From Candidatus Bathyarchaeia archaeon (GTDB taxonomy: Archaea > Thermoproteota > Bathyarchaeia > Bathyarchaeales > Bathycorpusculaceae), in assembly GCA_050012755.1 (NCBI GenBank), contig JBEKGO010000039.1, positions 1 to 20,855 of the forward strand: 20,855 nt of DNA, read 5' to 3'. The notes below the pieces were generated by a model that saw only the letters and a program-made list of their open reading frames with translations, was not told where the DNA came from and made no database searches. A program made the position numbers and the translations under genes. Below are positions 16,520 through 20,855 of the stretch, piece by piece (position 1 is the stretch's first letter; each line of letters opens with the position of its first letter).

Positions 16520-17539
16520 TCATACTTCCATGACTTTCGCTTTTTTTAGAACATTGACGTTTCCATTCCCTTTAGTTACATAGCCAACTTCAAAATGCCT
16601 GACTTTCCGCCTATCCAACTCACCCAACAAGTCATCCGTATCCTGCTTAGCTATAGCAATAAGCATTCCGCCTGCGGTCTCCTTCGCTTCACCCTGCAGC
16701 AAGGGATAGCCGAAAATTTCCGTCAGCACCGGCGTACCTCGAATCACCGGCAACTGGTCAATCACAATGTCAACTTTGCCTAGCATAGCCATATTGGCGG
16801 CATGACCTTTCAATCCAAAGCCAGTCACGTCTGTAGCTGCGTGCACTGGAACTTTCTGCATAGCTTCAGCGACGGGTTTGTTTGATGTAATCATTACATT
16901 GATGGCTTCATCAACTGCGACGTCAATTATGTTCTCTTGTACGTCTCTGAGGAGTTCTTTGCCTTCTTCTTCCTTCCGCAATCGGTAAGCTGCCATTGCA
17001 GGCGCAATCCCAAGTGGCTTAGTCAAAAACAAGCGGTCACCAGCCTTTGCCCCACGAGTGTAAACGATTTTTTTGGGGTTGCCTATGCCTGTTGCTGCGC
17101 CGCCAATAATTGGCCAAGGGTTCCGAATAGTGTGGCCACCAACCACAGGTGCACCCATTTCACGGCAAAAATCACCAAAACCTTTCAACATCCCAACAGC
17201 CAATTCGTCAGGCATATTCTCGGGATAAGCCATAATCGACAAAACACTAACAATGTTTGTGACGGCTAAAGCGTAAATGTCGCTGGTCACGTTGCTTCCC
17301 GCGATTCTGCCTTGAATTTCAGGTTCATCAACCATGGGCGTGAAGAAGTCAAGCGTGTTTAGAACTGCAAGGTTATCAGCAATTCTTACGACGCTTGAGT
17401 TTTCCCATGGACCAGCTAAGACGTCCTCACCAAACCCCTCTGATAAACCAGCCTTGTCTAGCAATCCGCCTAGCTGGTACTGGGGAAGCTTGCAACTGCA
17501 ACCGTGAATTGGAACAACCTTGGTTAACCTATAACCCAA
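16520..17539 (-). CDS. selD: Selenophosphate synthetase SelD or SelD-like protein (Cys-type)
   Basis: GCSCK, DFFTP, N..SD, GGHT, LTKPLG, TDVTGFGL.GH, T.GG; GGAGG RBS before TTG. Confidence 0.92.
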   Translation of the reverse strand: MGYRLTKVVPIHGCSCKLPQYQLGGLLDKAGLSEGFGEDVLAGPWENSSVVRIADNLAVLNTLDFFTPMVDEPEIQGRIAGSNVTSDIYALAVTNIVSVLSIMAYPENMPDELAVGMLKGFGDFCREMGAPVVGGHTIRNPWPIIGGAATGIGNPKKIVYTRGAKAGDRLFLTKPLGIAPAMAAYRLRKEEEGKELLRDVQENIIDVAVDEAINVMITSNKPVAEAMQKVPVHAATDVTGFGLKGHAANMAMLGKVDIVIDQLPVIRGTPVLTEIFGYPLLQGEAKETAGGMLIAIAKQDTDDLLGELDRRKVRHFEVGYVTKGNGNVNVLKKAKVMEV

Positions 17540-17567
17540 CTTTTTTCCTCCCGCCTTTTCATTTACA

Positions 17568-17792
17568 CTAATGCTTCTTTATCGTAATTCGAAATTCATT
17601 CTCTGATTTAGATGTTTCAACTACATGATGCCCATTATTTTTAACCCAACGCTGAACATTATCAAACTCTAACTCTCCTTCGCCGATGACTTCCAGCAGT
17701 TGCCCAGAAGCCATGCTTTCCAACTTACGCTTTGTAAAGGCAACTGGCATAGGACACATTTTTCCCTTAACGTCTAACTTTTCAATTTTCAA
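17568..17792 (-). CDS. tusA: TusA/SirA-family sulfur carrier
   Basis: LDVKGKMCPMP (CPxP) motif, 74 aa. Confidence 0.93.
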   Translation of the reverse strand: MKIEKLDVKGKMCPMPVAFTKRKLESMASGQLLEVIGEGELEFDNVQRWVKNNGHHVVETSKSENEFRITIKKH

Positions 17793-17801
17793 AATATCCG
17801 C

Positions 17802-18152
17802 CTAAAACACTATAACTTTATCACTGTTAGCTGTCCACTCAACAAGTTCATGAACTGTCGCAATCTTGACTCCATCAAGCAAGTCAGATTGGGTCAAGCC
17901 ACGCGCCTCTGCACAGACAATGCAAGCTTTGACTTCAGTGCCGCCTTTAATTAGATCCTCTAACATTTGACCATAATTGGTCAAGCCTTGAGCTGGTTTT
18001 TGACCTTTTTTAGCTAGGTAAACGCCATTTTCGAACAGCCAAATTCTCACTTTGTGTCCTTCTAAGTCGCATGTCCATGCAAATCTTAGCGCTGAAAGTG
18101 CACGTTCTTTTGCGTATGGTGCTTCATATATTATTAGTGTGTAAGTTACCAA
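17802..18152 (-). CDS. DsrE/DsrF-family sulfur relay protein
   Basis: APY..ER...ALRFA, LFENGVY, ACIVCAEARG motifs; GAGGT RBS. Confidence 0.9.
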   Translation of the reverse strand: MVTYTLIIYEAPYAKERALSALRFAWTCDLEGHKVRIWLFENGVYLAKKGQKPAQGLTNYGQMLEDLIKGGTEVKACIVCAEARGLTQSDLLDGVKIATVHELVEWTANSDKVIVF

Positions 18153-18210
18153 GCAATCAACCTCAATTTATCTGAATATAACTGTTAAAAAACTAATATA
18201 ATGCTTTATG

Positions 18211-18537
18211 TTATTCTTCTTCCTCGATTTTCACCCAGATTTTTCCTGACACAATTTTCCACTCATGACTTACGAGTTTAATGGCCGGTTCCTCTTCGTA
18301 CTCACCTGTTTTGAGGTCAAAGCGCCAATCATGGCAAGGGCAAATAATCACGTTGCCTTCAAGAGTTCCGCCTGAAAACGCGCAGCCCATATGAGGGCAT
18401 CGGTTATCAATGACGTAAATTTGTCCTGACTGTTTAATGAGTAGAATAGGTAAACCTTGAATTCGTACAAGTTTCATCGTGCCTTCTAGTAGAGCTTTTT
18501 CTTCTAAAACAGCGACAAAATTATCCGATTCAGCCAT
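18211..18537 (-). CDS. Small Rieske [2Fe-2S] ferredoxin
   Basis: CPH...CPCH (CxH/CxxH) ligand set, FDLKTG. Confidence 0.93.
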   Translation of the reverse strand: MAESDNFVAVLEEKALLEGTMKLVRIQGLPILLIKQSGQIYVIDNRCPHMGCAFSGGTLEGNVIICPCHDWRFDLKTGEYEEEPAIKLVSHEWKIVSGKIWVKIEEEE

Positions 18538-18669
18538 AAATCTGTCTCCTCACAAGATTATTCGTATTCATCAAATAAGTTTTGCCTTTCCTTCATTTAA
18601 CAATCGAGCCGATGATTCCCAGTTTTAATATTTAAATGCTTAATTCCTAGTGGTTCTAGTGTATTTTTC

Positions 18670-19509
18670 ATGTTCCAAGTGAAGCCGATGCAGGTTAAAG
18701 ATTTTGCGTTTGCAACTGAACTAGCCAACACAATGAACTGGAACATGGCTGTCGAAGACTTCGCTTTTATGACTTCACTTGAACCCGAAGGTTGCTTTGT
18801 TGCTTTTGAGGATTCGGACCGTGTTGGCATAGCCACTTGCATAAGTTTTAATACGGTTGGTTGGTTTGGCAACCTAATTGTTGAAGAAAAATACCGAAGA
18901 AAAGGCGCAGGCAGACTTCTAGTGAAGCACGCAGTAAACTACTTGCAAAGTAAAGGCGCCAAAACTATTGGGCTCTATGCTTACCCTAACCTTGGAAGCT
19001 TTTACGGAAGCTTAGGTTTCGAAAAAGAGATGGATTTTTCTGTTCTGCATGCAGAAGACCTTGGCTCCGTAGCGGGTAAAACCATGCCTAAAATAGAAAC
19101 AAAGCAGATCAGTACAATAGAGGAGTTTGATAGTCGATGCTTTGGCGGCAACAGAAAAAAACTGCTTGAATCCATCCTTCTTGAAAAAGGCAATTTGAGC
19201 TATTACTTTTCTAGGAAAAATGAGGTTGTGGGGTATGTGGCGGCTACGGTTTACGAAACAATGGCTTGGGTTGGACCCTTAATATGCGAAGTGGGCAATG
19301 TTGACGGTGCTGTTGAGCTGCTTAAAGCGGTTCTTGCAAAATTAACTGGCAAAAGCGTTTACCTGGCACTTCCAAAAAATGAATTTGCTCTTTTAGACAT
19401 GCTTTTCAATATAGGTTTTACGGAAGATTTTTCTTTAGCAAGGATGTTTTTAGGTGAAGCAACCGCAAAAAATTGCATATATTTGGCTGAATCTTTGGAA
19501 AGAGGTTAA
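18670..19509 (+). CDS. GNAT-family N-acetyltransferase (two-domain, YitH-like)
   Basis: Motif A V...YRRKGAG..L, FY..LGF; second domain with WVGPL. Confidence 0.88.
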   Translation: MFQVKPMQVKDFAFATELANTMNWNMAVEDFAFMTSLEPEGCFVAFEDSDRVGIATCISFNTVGWFGNLIVEEKYRRKGAGRLLVKHAVNYLQSKGAKTIGLYAYPNLGSFYGSLGFEKEMDFSVLHAEDLGSVAGKTMPKIETKQISTIEEFDSRCFGGNRKKLLESILLEKGNLSYYFSRKNEVVGYVAATVYETMAWVGPLICEVGNVDGAVELLKAVLAKLTGKSVYLALPKNEFALLDMLFNIGFTEDFSLARMFLGEATAKNCIYLAESLERG

Positions 19510-19513
19510 AATT

Positions 19514-20855
19514 ATGAGTGAGGATCACTGTAAATTTTTGCTTGAAGATTTTTTGAAGACTTCTTTTTCAACAGTGAAGGTTCTAGTGGAAGGTGCCGCG
19601 GCTTCAAAGGACCAGAATAGCAATCGTAAAGTTACGTTGTTCCGTTATGTTAACGGCAAAAAAGTTTCTTTTCCCTTCTCCGATGAACGCTTCTATCTGC
19701 GCGGCTCAGTTGAGTATACGAATCCACAGTTGACGGTTGAGGAGGTTCAAGGTATCGTCGGGACCCGCCTGCTTGAAACCTGCGCCAACTACTTTTACGA
19801 GCATAGTTTACATCCGCCAGATGACGGCGACGTTTCTGCACTTGCTGAGTTACTTAAAAAACCCACGCGAGGCTATATCGTGCCTTTCTTGCTTAACACA
19901 GATGATGTGGAGGCAGACCGTTACTCGATGAATCCACTCAAAAAATCAATCGTGGACAGCGGCCAAAGCGCTTTTCCAGTAGCCAATGTAAAAACGGACC
20001 AATTGAAAATCGATGAAGCATACCTCAAAAAATACGATGGCTCATTAATCTCACAAAAAGAAGCCGCACTCATAACCGAAATTCTGCAAACCAGCAACGG
20101 CTCTTACCTGGATTTTGTGGATTCAATCAAATATTCGCAGTTAAAGGAACTATCAGCGTTTTTTGGAATGGACCTTTCTCTTTACACGTTGCGTATGCCG
20201 CTTTCAACGCTGCAGACGGAGAACAGAGATGGCTTGCTACATTACATAATTCGAGAGAGCAACCGAGATTACGCCTCAATTGAGGAAGCATATACTTGCA
20301 TGGGCCGCAGCATGAAAAACCGCACAACCCTTCTCACAGTGCCGCATTCCACGAAAGGTTTCGGCTCTAAACGTGCAGCCCGAGGAAAATTGCATTTTGA
20401 AAACGGAAAGTTGCTTGACGCCACTGTCAAATACAAAACTACTCCTCTCTACCCTAATGCCATGGACCCCGAAGACATCGCAGTCGCTGTTTGCGATGAC
20501 AACTTCATTGTTCCTGGCGAAAAACTTGCCGATTACAGTTTCGCTGAGACGCCTTCTTCACCACAGTTCTTCCTATACTCAATCGGTTCTCCTGAGGACG
20601 CGACGGTTTGGCATGGCGTCGGCGCCTTCGCGGCAACACAACTACTACACAGCTACAGGTCCGGCCGCATAGCTTGCCGAGAAGGAAAACTAATCAAGAA
20701 TTTAACCGAAAAGTTCAACATCAAAGTGGATGTACCCCTACAATTTAACCTTGCACCCGAGGGCGTGTGGAGCCACCCAATTCACCGCAACATCGACGCC
20801 AGCATAGGCAGCGTAGATGACCTTCCAGATTTGGCGCATCGAGGAATGAAACTTG
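19514..20855 (+). CDS. Large hypothetical protein (>447 aa), 3'-truncated by the window edge; absent from the ORF track
   Basis: Manual translation from ATG 19514 (MSEDHCKFLLEDFLKTSF...HPIHRNIDASIGSVDDLPDLAHRGMKL) shows no stop to the window end; 4 bp after the GNAT stop, GAGGT RBS. Confidence 0.9.
   Translation, partial: MSEDHCKFLLEDFLKTSFSTVKVLVEGAAASKDQNSNRKVTLFRYVNGKKVSFPFSDERFYLRGSVEYTNPQLTVEEVQGIVGTRLLETCANYFYEHSLHPPDDGDVSALAELLKKPTRGYIVPFLLNTDDVEADRYSMNPLKKSIVDSGQSAFPVANVKTDQLKIDEAYLKKYDGSLISQKEAALITEILQTSNGSYLDFVDSIKYSQLKELSAFFGMDLSLYTLRMPLSTLQTENRDGLLHYIIRESNRDYASIEEAYTCMGRSMKNRTTLLTVPHSTKGFGSKRAARGKLHFENGKLLDATVKYKTTPLYPNAMDPEDIAVAVCDDNFIVPGEKLADYSFAETPSSPQFFLYSIGSPEDATVWHGVGAFAATQLLHSYRSGRIACREGKLIKNLTEKFNIKVDVPLQFNLAPEGVWSHPIHRNIDASIGSVDDLPDLAHRGMKL

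Noticed and set aside
19650-20672. Four short ORFs listed in the track
   Set aside because: All lie within the long + strand frame starting at 19514.

Overview
Archaeal window; gene content, TATA boxes, many TTG/GTG starts and a TackOD1-like regulator suggest a TACK archaeon, probably Bathyarchaeia (inference). Left end: tail of a two-component locus with a tandem-receiver protein, a REC + Zn-ribbon regulator carrying a 132-bp internal duplication, and a histidine-kinase remnant. Next come a small membrane protein, an M50/CBS protease and a hypothetical gene. The core (~14 kb) is a Mo/W-cofactor cluster: fwdDBAC (formylmethanofuran dehydrogenase) and fdhD-moeA on +, converging with a - strand array of Rieske ferredoxin, dsrE-tusA-selD, modE, modABC, mobB and mobA. 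Right end: a GNAT acetyltransferase and a >447-aa unknown ORF that the ORF track missed because it runs off the window. Best candidate for a new system: a DsrE/TusA/SelD chalcogen (S or Se) relay inside the Mo-bis-PGD maturation cluster. The maturation proteins are all atypical: FdhD lacks its loop Cys, MoeA has Cys in the TGA motif, SelD has Asn at the Asp51-equivalent, MobA has a helical extension, and FwdB has an extra Cys pair and an insertion. No in-frame Sec codon, RNA gene, CRISPR array or mobile element was seen.
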